A stretch of 56,159 nucleotides of DNA, the filler included, from Perkinsus olseni (taxonomy: Eukaryota): the NCBI GenBank assembly GCA_013115125.1. It is 3 parts of 3 records of this genome, joined end to end, with 100 filler letters (N's around TTAATTAATTAA, not from the genome) between each part and the next. Parts side by side here need not be neighbours in the genome. Positions count along the whole stretch, not along the records: positions 1 to 18,765 come from JABANN010000610.1; 2 more parts are not named here. The stretch is one strand, 5' to 3'. The notes beneath the pieces were generated by a model. That model saw only the letters and a list, made by a program, of their open reading frames with translations. It was not told the origin of the DNA and made no database searches. Position 1 is the stretch's first letter, and each line of letters opens with the position of its first letter. A program made the position numbers and the translations under genes. Of this stretch, positions 1 to 11,277 are shown piece after piece.

Positions 1-1
1 C

Positions 2-1060
2 CCTTGGATGTGGAACCCGGATTTGTCGCCGTGGACTTGGAACCCGGAAAGGCTTAGCACTTTAATTGGCTCCCTGACTGTGACTGGGCGCAGTACACGC
101 AGTTCGTGTTCTCCTCGCCCGTCTGTTGGTGTATATGTGAGCACAGCCGAAGCCCGCCTTCCTTGTCTACTCGCGCAGACCAGCGTCGAGGTCACCTCGA
201 CAGGCGATGGGCGAGCAACCTACGTCGACTTGATGTTCTACTTCAGACACGGCTCAATCAGCAAACTGCTGGAACTAGAACTCCGGCAACCCTATATCGG
301 AATCTCCAGGAATGAAATGGGGACCCTGAGAAGGTACATCCAAGATCATTGCTACTCCTTGGGGAGGAAGCGCGACATTTGGCAGTTCCAGGAAAATGTG
401 CTGGGCTACGTGTCCTTCTTCAAACCCGCTTATACTCACATATGCGTGGATGAGTCATCTTACCGTGATGGCGTGTACTGGAGGGCAAACCTCCTTCTTG
501 GTAGGCTGAAGGGAGGAGAGGAGATTCAGTACTTCATCCCAATGGTGTTTGACGAGCCCCGGGCAAACAGCGGAGACCTTCAAAAACTCGGCGCATTGTT
601 CGACCACAGCTACAACGCACGTCCTCTTGAGGAGCCGAGCGGCATGGTCGAAGGTAATGGTGAAGGGAGCGTAGAGAGCCGTGGACATCTCCAGCAAAGT
701 CAACCCGATGCTCCAACAGAGATGGAGCCTGGGAGTCAGCGTGGACCCGACACCTCCGCGGAATTTTAGAGTGCCAGCCTGCTCCGCGCTGAAGAAATGG
801 AAGGTTTGACAGAAGCATCCCGAGCTGATGGTCAAAAAGCCGTGCAGGACCGCGAACATCCATCCCACGGGCAACCTGACGGGGCAACCTCGGACTCGCC
901 TGGCGCGCAGGCTAAGCGAGCACTCGAGATCTCAGGCGGCAGGGGTCGCCAAACGTCGAGGAAGAGCAGCAATCCGCAACACTTAGTGCCCATATCGGAA
1001 ATGGGTAAATATTTGAGAATTGCTCCGTCGACGGCTGTACAGATGAGTGAACATGAATGA
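2..1060 (+). CDS. 5'-truncated hypothetical protein (lineage-specific family) interrupted by one in-frame TAG at 767-769; possible pseudogene
   Basis: ORFs 8..769 and 797..1060 share a frame (SAEF*SASLLRAEEMEG...). The frame is open to the window edge, with a PWxWNP repeat at the N-terminus and a low-complexity C-terminus. Confidence 0.5.
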
Positions 1061-1597
1061 GTTGTTCGACTTTGAGCGGTGCGTTGAGTTAGTCTCTCTG
1101 GCACGGGGTGTTTCCATCATCATGATAACAAACGGTTAAACAAGGGTGTAAATTGATGCAGTCGTATATTCGCCTACTAGGCAATGCCTAGGTCTGCAAT
1201 TATCTAAGCGGGAGATGCATGCATGCATGCGCATACCCTTTTAGTCATAGCTATTAGTCTTAGTATCAGCCTGCCATTAGTCTATGGTTGGATCATTAGA
1301 CCCAGATCCGATTTCTCCATTCCCTGTGTGTCGTCCGTATCTGCTGTCTCGCGCTAAGGAAGCTCCACAATGGAGCACACGGAGCACACGTTATCTCCGA
1401 GCTCCCCTTGAATCCACTTGCGTCACTGTCTGAGCTCCGTCTCACATCTGCCGTATTGTCCCTCATCGGGCCGTGACGATGCGCCTGAGAGCTTGCATAC
1501 CTATTCTGTACGAATTCCTGAATTCATTCACGCTAGGCCGAGGGTTACCAATGGGTGCATTCGAAGCCGGCATCCCAGGTTGCTTGTCGGCTGTATA

Positions 1598-2629
1598 ATG
1601 GTATTCCAACTTCCCCATCATTTTGAGGCCCTCCGTTGTACGGCCATCGAGAGGCTATGGGATGGTCAGCAGGGTAGGGAGCCGATGCACGACCTCATGG
1701 GTGATATCATGGAGTATTGCAGGAAGCCTGAGCTGAGGTTGGATTGTCCCCGCGAGGACGTATTCGTTGAGAAGCCGGCCAGGGCGGACTTCATGTTCAT
1801 CGACTGTGGTGTTGTGTACGGTGTCTCCCGGGAGGGGAAAAGCCTCGTTCTATACCGCATGTGCACTGCTGTCGGCCTTGCGCCCTCTACTACGAAGCTC
1901 TCGGATCTGTGTCTTCTTGCTTCCGAGGGAGTTGCTTGGAGATGTTACTACGACGAGGGCACCCGCCACCTGGTCGTGCTATATGATAATGGCGGAACCC
2001 TGTCGATCCGTGACATGGCGAACGGTAAGACGAAAAGGCCTATCATGCTTCCATGCCTAGCTTCGCGCAGTGGTAGACTCGCTGGCGTCATTGTTATTGG
2101 GGACTTGCTCTATGCGGCGATGGTGTTCATCAAGAAGGGCTTGTATTGCAGATTCGAGATCCGCTATGTGCAGTGCCGTAAGGCCCAGGAAGTCAGGCTA
2201 GCCTACGAATTCCATGAACCAGGTGATGACCCCAGCTTTTCTTTCATCCGTTTCTCCCCGGTGCCCGATCGCCCTCGCGCTGTCGACTTCATCTATAAGT
2301 CCGATTCGACGTTGCATTCGATGAAGATCGACGTGGTCAGGGAAAGTGGTCCCACACTATTCAGCACAAGGAGGGATGAAATGGTGGAGTCTGAGAGAAT
2401 ACGTGGCAGTCTTATAAGGAACACGCCGGGACTCGGTTTCCTTTTGATCGAGGAGGGCGATTTCTACGTGCTCCGTCATGGTAGAGGACTGAAGAAAGCA
2501 GCAAGGATTGCCAAGTGCGGAACAACTCTGCCATCTTCGGTGGTATTCGGCGACTGGAGTTTTCGGTATACCTTGAAGCTCATCACTGAAGACCTTGCTG
2601 TGGTGAAGTACCATCCATACCTTCTGTGA
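1598..2629 (+). CDS. Intronless hypothetical protein (about 343 aa), probably from an expanded lineage-specific family
   Basis: Long uninterrupted ORF with protein-like composition. First ATG at 1598 (MVFQLPHHF...). No recognisable catalytic motif. Confidence 0.65.
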   Translation: MVFQLPHHFEALRCTAIERLWDGQQGREPMHDLMGDIMEYCRKPELRLDCPREDVFVEKPARADFMFIDCGVVYGVSREGKSLVLYRMCTAVGLAPSTTKLSDLCLLASEGVAWRCYYDEGTRHLVVLYDNGGTLSIRDMANGKTKRPIMLPCLASRSGRLAGVIVIGDLLYAAMVFIKKGLYCRFEIRYVQCRKAQEVRLAYEFHEPGDDPSFSFIRFSPVPDRPRAVDFIYKSDSTLHSMKIDVVRESGPTLFSTRRDEMVESERIRGSLIRNTPGLGFLLIEEGDFYVLRHGRGLKKAARIAKCGTTLPSSVVFGDWSFRYTLKLITEDLAVVKYHPYLL

Positions 2630-3357
2630 GCCGCCACCGAGGAGCTGCTTCCGAGTGAGGCCTCGAATGTTGTTATTGCTCCTCGGCTGGCATCATGGTG
2701 TCTGAGAATATCATCGAATACCGTCGAAGGTCTAAAATCTGAGTTCCAGTTGAACACTGCCTTGTGTGTGGTAGTTTGAGAGCTGCTCGTCTCGAGTCTG
2801 ACTCGGGAAGGCAAGCATCCGCTTCCGTTCGGTGCTCGTCGATTGATGGGTGATCGGCCAACCAGCAACATGCTTTGAGCATGATGCTTGCCTAGGGTAA
2901 CTTGTTGTAACTATCATTACAGTTCATACGGGTCACGTGCTTGGAAGTTCGAACCTCGGTTGCGCACACTTCAGCGATCGAAAACCTGCTGGCGATCGTT
3001 CTTTACATCGAAACCATTCCACTTGACCTCCACTAGAATGCCCCAGTTCGGGAGTAATGACCACTTCTAACACTTGCTGACTCCGCAGGTGGCACTTACT
3101 GCTCAGGGGCCTATTTCATAGGACGTTTTTCTTAGGATCCTGAGCGGTTAGGACCCCCCAGACAAATCGGGCACTCTAAGTGTCCAACTAGGCTAATTCT
3201 CACACTGAGCGTAGCTTACTAAACCCGAGCTTATCCTAATGGGGGATACGTAGGCGCAGTGGTCGCCCAAGTGACCCTCTTCGATGCGTACTCGTATCCC
3301 ACAGGACTTACTTCTCCGCGGACTTCATGTTATCAGAAGCCGAGTACAAAATAAAAT

Positions 3358-3429
3358 TGATTCACGGAGGGATCGAACCTGAGTCAACCGTATGCTTGTC
3401 ACATGCTCTGTCCGCTACGCCAGATGCAC
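3358..3429 (-). pseudogene. Degenerate tRNA-like sequence (possibly Ala-AGC derived)
   Basis: Minus strand reads ...CTGGCGTAGCGGACAGAGC... (A-box-like) and ...CAGGTTCGATCCCT (B-box) at tRNA spacing. Stems pair poorly. Confidence 0.45.
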
Positions 3430-3801
3430 AGGAAAAACTATAAAGTGGATCAGGGTCTCAAGTACCGACGGACCATTTTCGAGATCGAAACATTCCACAT
3501 ATCTTAGCGACTTGCAGCACCCAACTCGCAAGTAAGGAGAGTTTATGCAAGAAAATCGATAGTAATTCCTCAGTCGGACACGGCGTATGTCACCACTGCT
3601 AATAAGCACCCGCAGACGGTAACGTTGTTCCACTGAATGCATTACTCCCGTAGACAGGCATTGTGACTTGGAGTAACTCTATGATGACGCTAGCGCCTGT
3701 TATCTGCCTGTGAGTAATTCGCATCACCTGCGGCCAACGCCCTCGATGCTTCGAATAATCGTGCGTTAGCCTTTGCGAGATCTTGTTTGATTTAATCGAC
3801 C

Positions 3802-6289
3802 ATGTTAAGTCCATCGAGAAGCGTATTGGGACCGGCAGCGTTGAAGTCGTTCCAGAATTTGGGCAAGGCGGCGTTCTCTACGCATGGCACACGGAGTGTC
3901 AACGTAGCTGATTTTTATAATAAGGCCAGGGCTTGCGGTGTTGGTTACTTCACAGGAGTACCCGACTCTCTTTTGAAGGACTTCTGCGCGTAAGATAGAC
4001 GCGACTTCATTTGTATCTTTCATGCTTCGACTTTAGATACGTTACAGATCACGCGAAGTCTGATGAGCATGTTATTGCTGTCAATGAAGGGAGCGCAATC
4101 GGACTTGCTGCCGGATACCATTTGGCTACCGGCAAGCTCCCCATAGTGTAGGTCGATCAATTCGGGGTCTAATGTTTTTTCTGACACCTCTAGCTGTCTT
4201 TAGATACACTCAGAACAGTGGCTACGGCAATATGGTCAATCCTCTCCTGTCCTTGGCTCATCCAGGAGTATATGGGATTCCGATGCTTGTAATATGAGGG
4301 TATCTTTGAGTTGACCGTGCAAGATACAGAAAGACTCAATTGACGGAGGTGAACTTCTGGCGGTTCAGGTACTGGTGGGCTGGCGTGGAGAGCCTGGCGT
4401 GAAGGACGAGCCCCAACATAAGATTATGGGGAAGTTACAGGCGGGTAATATCGCTGAGTGTAGGGGTAGAACTTGGGTTAAGCGGTCACGCGTAGGTATA
4501 ATTCAAGCTATGGATCTGGCTTGCACGGAGTTGCCTACGGAGAACACAGAGGCACTTGAAGCGCTCGAGGCGGCAGCGGCACAGGTAATATACTGGTTTC
4601 TCTAGCTGAAGGTCCTCGGTTCGAATCCCATGTGCTTCCTTTCAGTCTATGGAGAGCAAGAGTCCCCATTTATTGCTGGTGCGGAAAGATACTTTCTCGA
4701 GGTAGGTTGCGTCGGATATTCGAGGTTGTCGACCACAACTTGTGGTGATCTGCTGCATTGGAAAGATACGCTTTGGAAACCGCCGTGGATTATGACCACA
4801 CTTTGCCGATGACGCGAGAGAATGCGATCCAAGTGGTACTCAAGTCTGGCGGTGATCAGGCCACTTATGTTGGCACTACGGGATATCTAAGGTAGAAGAT
4901 GGCAAGTTGCAGAATAGGTCGTCGATGTTGCCAACAGTCGGGGTATTTATTCACGAGTGCCGTTGTTTTCCTTCAGTCGTGAATTATTCGAAATTCGAGC
5001 TAACGAGTACGGCGGAGACCATTCCCACGACTTCCTCTGCGTTGGTAATATGGGCCATGCTGGATCGATCGCCGAAGGTAATACCCCCGGGTCTGCTTCT
5101 CCCTCGCTTCGACCTAAGATACTCTTTCATTTGATTAACTTATAATTCATCGCCATAACCTCTCTTTGATGGTGATTGAAAATTTTTGCTGTGTATTAGT
5201 ACACGGGTTAGACGCGGGAGTTCTGATCCGCTGTGGAGTATTAAAAACTGAATTACTGGTTAACTTGCCCATAGCGGGACTATTATCATCGGTTGCAGAA
5301 CCTCCCTTCGTTTGCGCTTGGATTTTCCCTTGTAATCATTGCTCTTCATTTTTATAGGTAATTATCCGGTCGCTCGTTTCTCCACGTTCAGCCTGGACTT
5401 TTCGCTGTCTCTGGAGAGAGTTTCGTGCTTGTCAGGCTTGGCCACCCACATGCCGTCCGACTCGCCGGTGGTGTGCATGGATGGTGATGGAGCTCTCCTC
5501 ATGCACATGGGGTCGATGGCCACCAACAAAGCTAAGAACTTAATTCACGTTCTGGTAGGAGTTGCCGGGGATCGAACCTGGGACCTTTTGTATGTCCTCG
5601 CTTAGGTGAATAATGGGATGCATGAGAGCGTCGGAGGCCAACCAACGGCTGCTGCCGGTTTGAATTTGTGCGGCATCGCTCGAGATGCTGGGTAGTCGAA
5701 AGGTCGCCGGTTCGATTCCCGGCAGAGGTTTTTTATTTGTTCAGTTATCCGACTGCAATTCGTGTGCGTACTGAGGAGGAGCTGTCAGCAGCAGTATCGA
5801 ATGCCGTGGCGCATCTCCGTGCCGGGCCTGTGTTCATCGAGGTGCTGGTCAAACCCGGGGTCCGAAGCGATCTTGGCAGACCTACTACCACGCCACAGGA
5901 GAATAAGGTAAGATTTTTCGGGCGGAATACTTTCCAATATGACAATCTATTCTGCCAACTAAACGTCCGCATGTTCTTTTTTGTGATTCGCTGGCGATCC
6001 GCTTTCGAAAAGGACTCTTCGTAGACTAACACAGCTGCGGTCCATCCCGACTCGTCTCGATATTACAGTGGCCTCATGCCGCTCATACATCGCACCATTT
6101 CAAATCTCAGAGATATCTGCCGTTGGTCCCACCATTCAATGACATGAGATTCAACACTTTGTCGCATTGTCGTTCTATTCTCGGGTCTTCAACCGACTTA
6201 GCTCTCCTCTTCCACAACGGTTGTGGCTTTTTCAGGACGCTTTCATGCACCGAATTGAGAAGATACAGGGAGGAAGTAAACAAGCGTGA
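3802..6289 (+). CDS. aepY: Phosphonopyruvate decarboxylase (ThDP-dependent), 12 exons
   Basis: Spliced exons give [110 protein letters not shown] and [19 protein letters not shown]. All junctions are GT..AG. Confidence 0.93.
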
Positions 6290-7559
6290 TGTCGTGGAGA
6301 TGAAAGATCCTCCTTATTCTTATCGTCGTATGATCGAGTTACTCCACTGGTATATTTCTGTTCTTTTTGTGTCATATGTGCTGCGCTTCTCTCCAGTAGT
6401 TTTGCATTTCTGCTGTGTGAAAAGTAGTAGTACTCGGAATCCGAGCTACTATCCTCCGAAACTGTGCTTTCTTTCTTGTCCCCTCGAGGTAGTTCTCCTG
6501 GAGAACTTCTCCATCACGTTGTGTGGCAGTTGTCAATTCTCGGGGCTTTTTGAACAGGGGGCGTTCAGATTTCAATTGGTGGTTGCGTGGTCTCTCTTCG
6601 TCGATGGCCGGTGTCCCTAAATTCCCCGATTGGCATGCCATGACGTGGAGCTGAGATACAATCACCGCTCTCAGAGTGAATCACTATCGCGAGCTGGAGG
6701 GGGCCGAACTGCCGAGTGTAGAGATTGTCCCTGTATTACACAATAATTGTCTTCGATTTCAAGTTTTTGCTGTGTTGCATATAGCGTGACGCTAGAGCGC
6801 ATTACTCAGATGTTATTGTTATTTAAGCTCGTGTAAAGCCTACGACCTTTACTCATAACGAGTGTCTTGGGTTCGGTTTAATTTACTACAGAGTGTTGTG
6901 CTGAAGAGTTGTTGAAGCGCTGTGTTTGTATGCCAGAGGCTTCACGATAGTAATTTAGGTGTTCGCAATTGAGGATCCAAGTTGGATCATCCAACTGCTG
7001 GTTTTGTTATGGATGCAGTTCACGAGATGCAGAGGGAATGGTAGTGAACGGGTGGGGTGGGCTGCGGACACTAAAATGGGGAATTACCTAAGGGAGGCTC
7101 ATGTAAAAACTGGAACTGTGGAATCCTGATTTTCCGCTTTTTCTGGTTGTAGACGGGAACTTCGTGTGCGAAGTGCACTGTTTGGATAGAACCGAATGCT
7201 CGAAGCGAGATATCTTGAAAGTTTTACGTTAAAACCGCGAACTCCTGCATTGAGTCGGCTCTAAAGTGTTCACCGAAAAAGGACATCATGGTTTTTCCCG
7301 CAGAAGGCCAGCCTGTGGCGGATGTCGGTAGCTTCCCGAAGGTTGGCCTTGAGTCTCGGGAGTTTACAATTGGTGCCATTATAGTGCGCAAGGCGCTGCT
7401 CGCGAGAGCCGATGTTCTGAAAGTATTGGTTCGAGGATTCTCGTGGCTTCGAAAGATGCGTTGTAGCCACGTCTCTCATAAAATTCACAGATATCCGAAT
7501 GAGTTGTCAGGTCTTCACAGTTTCTTCATAGTGCGGGAATGTGTCCATTGTAGTGCAAC

Positions 7560-8330
7560 TGGTCGACGTTTCCGCTGTGCATCGACAGAAGGTTTAGTGC
7601 CGAATGGATTTGGTCGTCGCGCAGTCAGCGCCTGACCTGAAGCTCGAAGCCGGTCCTTCAGTTGGTTACTTTGACTCGCAGGTAACCAACCGAAGTAGTC
7701 GCGGAATTTTCCTGCCAGCAAAGCCTCCGAGTGCTCTCGGCAGTTTCTGACAATGGCGAATAACTCGGTTATACGCGCGCGGAGTCTTCGATGGCTGCGG
7801 TAACAATGCACTTGGCTCGTATATATAGAGAGAGCTGGCGCAATGCGCTGGGCGCATGGCCAAATCACTCGGCCTGAATGTATAGCTGTTTCGGCTATTC
7901 TTATCAGCGATCGTTGAACCTCGCATGACAGTCACTGTCAGACACTTGGCGGAGTAACGGAGAATTTTTGGTCTTCGACCAGAGGTCTTTCATGGGGATT
8001 TTCCTATCGTTCGAACCCTATGATGGAGCAACTTCGCAATATGGGCGAATTGCCCAGCGAACCGACAACTATGTGACTCACACGATATGACCTTGGTTGG
8101 ATCATTCGTGGTCGAATACTTCCGTGAGCTAACGTGGCTACTTCACGGAAACCTGGCTCCGCCACAGAGCAAGCTGGTTCCAGAGGTGCTGAGGACATCC
8201 CGAAGAGTGTGCCGAGTCACAACAACGCCATCGAGGCAATGAACAGTGGACTGAAGAACGGCGGAATCAACCCGAACATAAGCCTGGCGTCTCTGCTCGG
8301 GGAGTTGCTTGCGGCTTGCGCAGACTAAAC
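7560..8330 (+). mobile_element. Decayed Mutator/MULE-type DDE transposase remnant
   Basis: GYFTETWLRHRASWF, then a frameshift, then GAEDIPKSVPSHNNAIEAMNSGLK. This matches the MULE YF..TW...W...P.TNN..E..N..K region. LCID and FDG upstream are candidate catalytic Asp motifs. Stops and frameshifts present. Confidence 0.55.
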
Positions 8331-10979
8331 TCATCTTGGCGCTATGCCGGAAGAAAGGCTTGCCTTCAACCATGGACAGTACGTCGATGCCAGTGGCGAC
8401 TGATTAGCGCAATTCCATCCAAGGTCACTGAAGCTTACGCTGTCTATGAACACTGCCGAAAAGCAAGGTCGTGTCACACGACTCGTGTGGTAGCATAGGT
8501 TTCCGGCGTCGCAAAGTCAGTTGAGAGACTGCGGTGCTTTAGGAGGGGGGATAGTTGCTCGCTTTGAGCTATAGGAAGAAGACTATGCTCTCAACCGTTG
8601 TGTCGTGTTGACAACTTTCTTCGATACTTCGCTCTTGTTGGCGTTGCGTTGTGGAGCGTAGCCTGGAGCGTATGGAAGCTACCGCACGCCAGATTAAATC
8701 GAATCTATTTTCTTCAATCTCTTCTGAGGGATTCCTCGAATGGTTTGAGTCGAATCTGGCATTCGACATTTATGGTATATATTTTATGCCGTTGGTCCTT
8801 CTCATTGTCAAGGTACAATGAGTTTTAATCTGGCTAGTGCTCATCTCCGCCTTTCTCGCAGAATTGGCGCTGGGACACGCCTCTGGTCAGAGACGAGCCA
8901 GCTTGAATGACGTCGGAAGTTCCGACTCGAAAGGTAAGTGGGTATCTTGTAGAGATAATGTGACAGTTTCACACTGGGGCCCAGTGGGTCGGGCCCACTG
9001 TCTGGATTTTCTGGATGGTCTCCGGTTCACCTGGAGTGGACCCCTACTGAGGGGGGAGTACTGGGCGGTCACCACTCGCAGCTTGGTCTGAGCGAGTTTG
9101 TCAGAACTCCGGGTTAGAGATACCGTCTGATGCTTTCAGGCTAGTCTTGGAGAGGCTTGGTTCGGCCGGCTAGCAGACTCTGCTAAGCAGAGACTCTTTG
9201 ACGGCAGTAGTAGGGACTCCCTACTAGGGGGATGGCTCCGCTAGGTGCACGGATTTTCTCACTCCTGTCACAGGAGTCATCAACAACATTCGTTGCATCT
9301 GAACTTCTCGCAGTACATAAGAGGTAGAAATACGCCATAACTTACTGCAAAAACGTGTCGTCGTGAAGCGGTTTCACAGTGAAACTTTCATTTCACTTTT
9401 CGTTTAGGACTTGGTACAATAATCGACGCTATTCAGAACATTGGGCGAGCTCCGAGCGAGTCGGCCTTTGCAAGAGGCGATGATGGGCTCTCTACCATCT
9501 CGGCGAAACCAGAGTGAAGCTGTTTTTTCGCCACTCAGTGGAACTGACGTCGCCTTCGTCATATCTGATACTGCTGCCGACCGCGGGCGAGCAGTCCATG
9601 AATGATGCCATCATTATGGTGGTCTGGGATAATACAAGATGATATCTCGCTGACATCCCATTGAGGATTGCCCGGTGTCATTTTCAACAATTATGCGACG
9701 TTTATTCCCACTGTTCGGCATGGACTCATGGTGCCTCGCTCGGGTCGTTCGCTAGGCCGCATCGCTTAGCTTCGGTGTCTTTCATGCAGAGGAAGCGCCG
9801 CTTCCGAAGCGGCTTCCTGGAAGCCCAGGATAGCTTCATCAACCCATGTCGTAATGCTCAGGCTTGCAGACTGTCATAGTGTGATAACGTTTGGGTCCCA
9901 AACTTTGGGACTGAATAACTTGGGTCATTTCCGGTAATCACATCGTGATTCTCGAATCTGCAGGATCGAGCAGAATGGAGAACCGCGAACCCTGGGCCCC
10001 CAAGGTGGGGCACAGTTCATTAACTGAGGGTTCGCAGTGTACGCGGAGCTGGCGAGTATTCACTGGAACAGGTAGGCTAGATCCTCTGGAATGCGGAGAC
10101 TGCGTGGAGCGCTCTCTGGGCTGGGTCATGCGAAAATCTCGAACTGAGATTCAAACATAGTTACTGGCCACGTATACTGCTTCAATCGATTCAACAACTC
10201 TATTTGAGAGAGCTTATGCCTCGCTAAGAGGAATGTCTGTGACGATTATATCACTACTGCATCGATGTGTCATCACATTAATAATGTGATATTAGTTCAC
10301 CGGATCCGTGTGTGCTCGTCTAGGTCGCCTCAGTAAGCTCAGCTTACACGGACGGATAACATCGTTATCCCAGCTTGTTTGAACGCCGTCTCTGAGCCCC
10401 AGAGTCTGGGGCAAATGGAATGAAGTGTGATCAATGATCACTGATCAAGGATAGCAGCCGCTCCTTCGCATTGGGGTCGCTCAGTTGCGTCGCTCCGCGA
10501 CAAATGCACCCCGATGATGCATCAAGATACTGGGAGTCCCAGCCAGAGAATGCTATGTCCCAGTCTGAGACATAGCATTCCCTCAGAGAGAATCTCTCCG
10601 ATTAGAGCGGTTTGGCAGTAATTCCTACCTTGGAAGCTGCATTTCGACCTGTGATGAGTATTACCATCACCCATTGGGTAACGGTCGGCGATCGTCGGTC
10701 GCTGACAATCGACAACAGATGAAGGCTCCGAGATCGATGATTTCGAGCCTCGAAATTCGAGGTGAGATACCTCTGGTCTCGAAATCTCTGCTAGACAGTC
10801 TGTCTAAGACAGATGCTCACTTGAGAGTCGACGAGACTCCCTAGGAGACAGTTAACCTCCGCGGTCGGTGAAGACAGCATTCGTGATTCCCATGCCAGCT
10901 GCCAATGGCTGAGTGGCGCGCTGGTACCGATTGGGCGTGTGAACTGAATTCACTCTTCTCGCAGAAGTTTCAGAGAAGA

Positions 10980-11277
10980 GTGTATCTCGGCTCGTCTTGG
11001 TGATGAAGTGTGTGACGCCATCACAGTGATGGCGTTCAGCCGAGCTACCGTAACTGTTGTGACCGTTCTCACCGACAACGCGAGCAACGTAACCAAAGCC
11101 CGCAGGACTCGCATTATTCTGCTTGAGCGCTGCTGCAAAGTCACTGCACTGACCGGCTGCGTTTCGGTCGGCTGCTTGGCCCATCACAACGCTCTGCTCG
11201 CGGAGAGACTAATGAAGGAAAGGCGCAAAGAGAGTCCACAGGGAAGAGCAGCTAACTCGCGCAGTTTGCCGAGATGA
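10980..11277 (+). mobile_element. hAT-family transposase remnant
   Basis: VLTDNASNVTKA followed by VGCLAHHNALL matches the hAT TDNA.N and CxxH motifs. Flanking frames are broken. Confidence 0.6.

Noticed and set aside
6123-6620. 165-aa ORF downstream of the decarboxylase
   Set aside because: Overlaps the last intron, last exon and 3' UTR in another frame, with non-protein-like composition.
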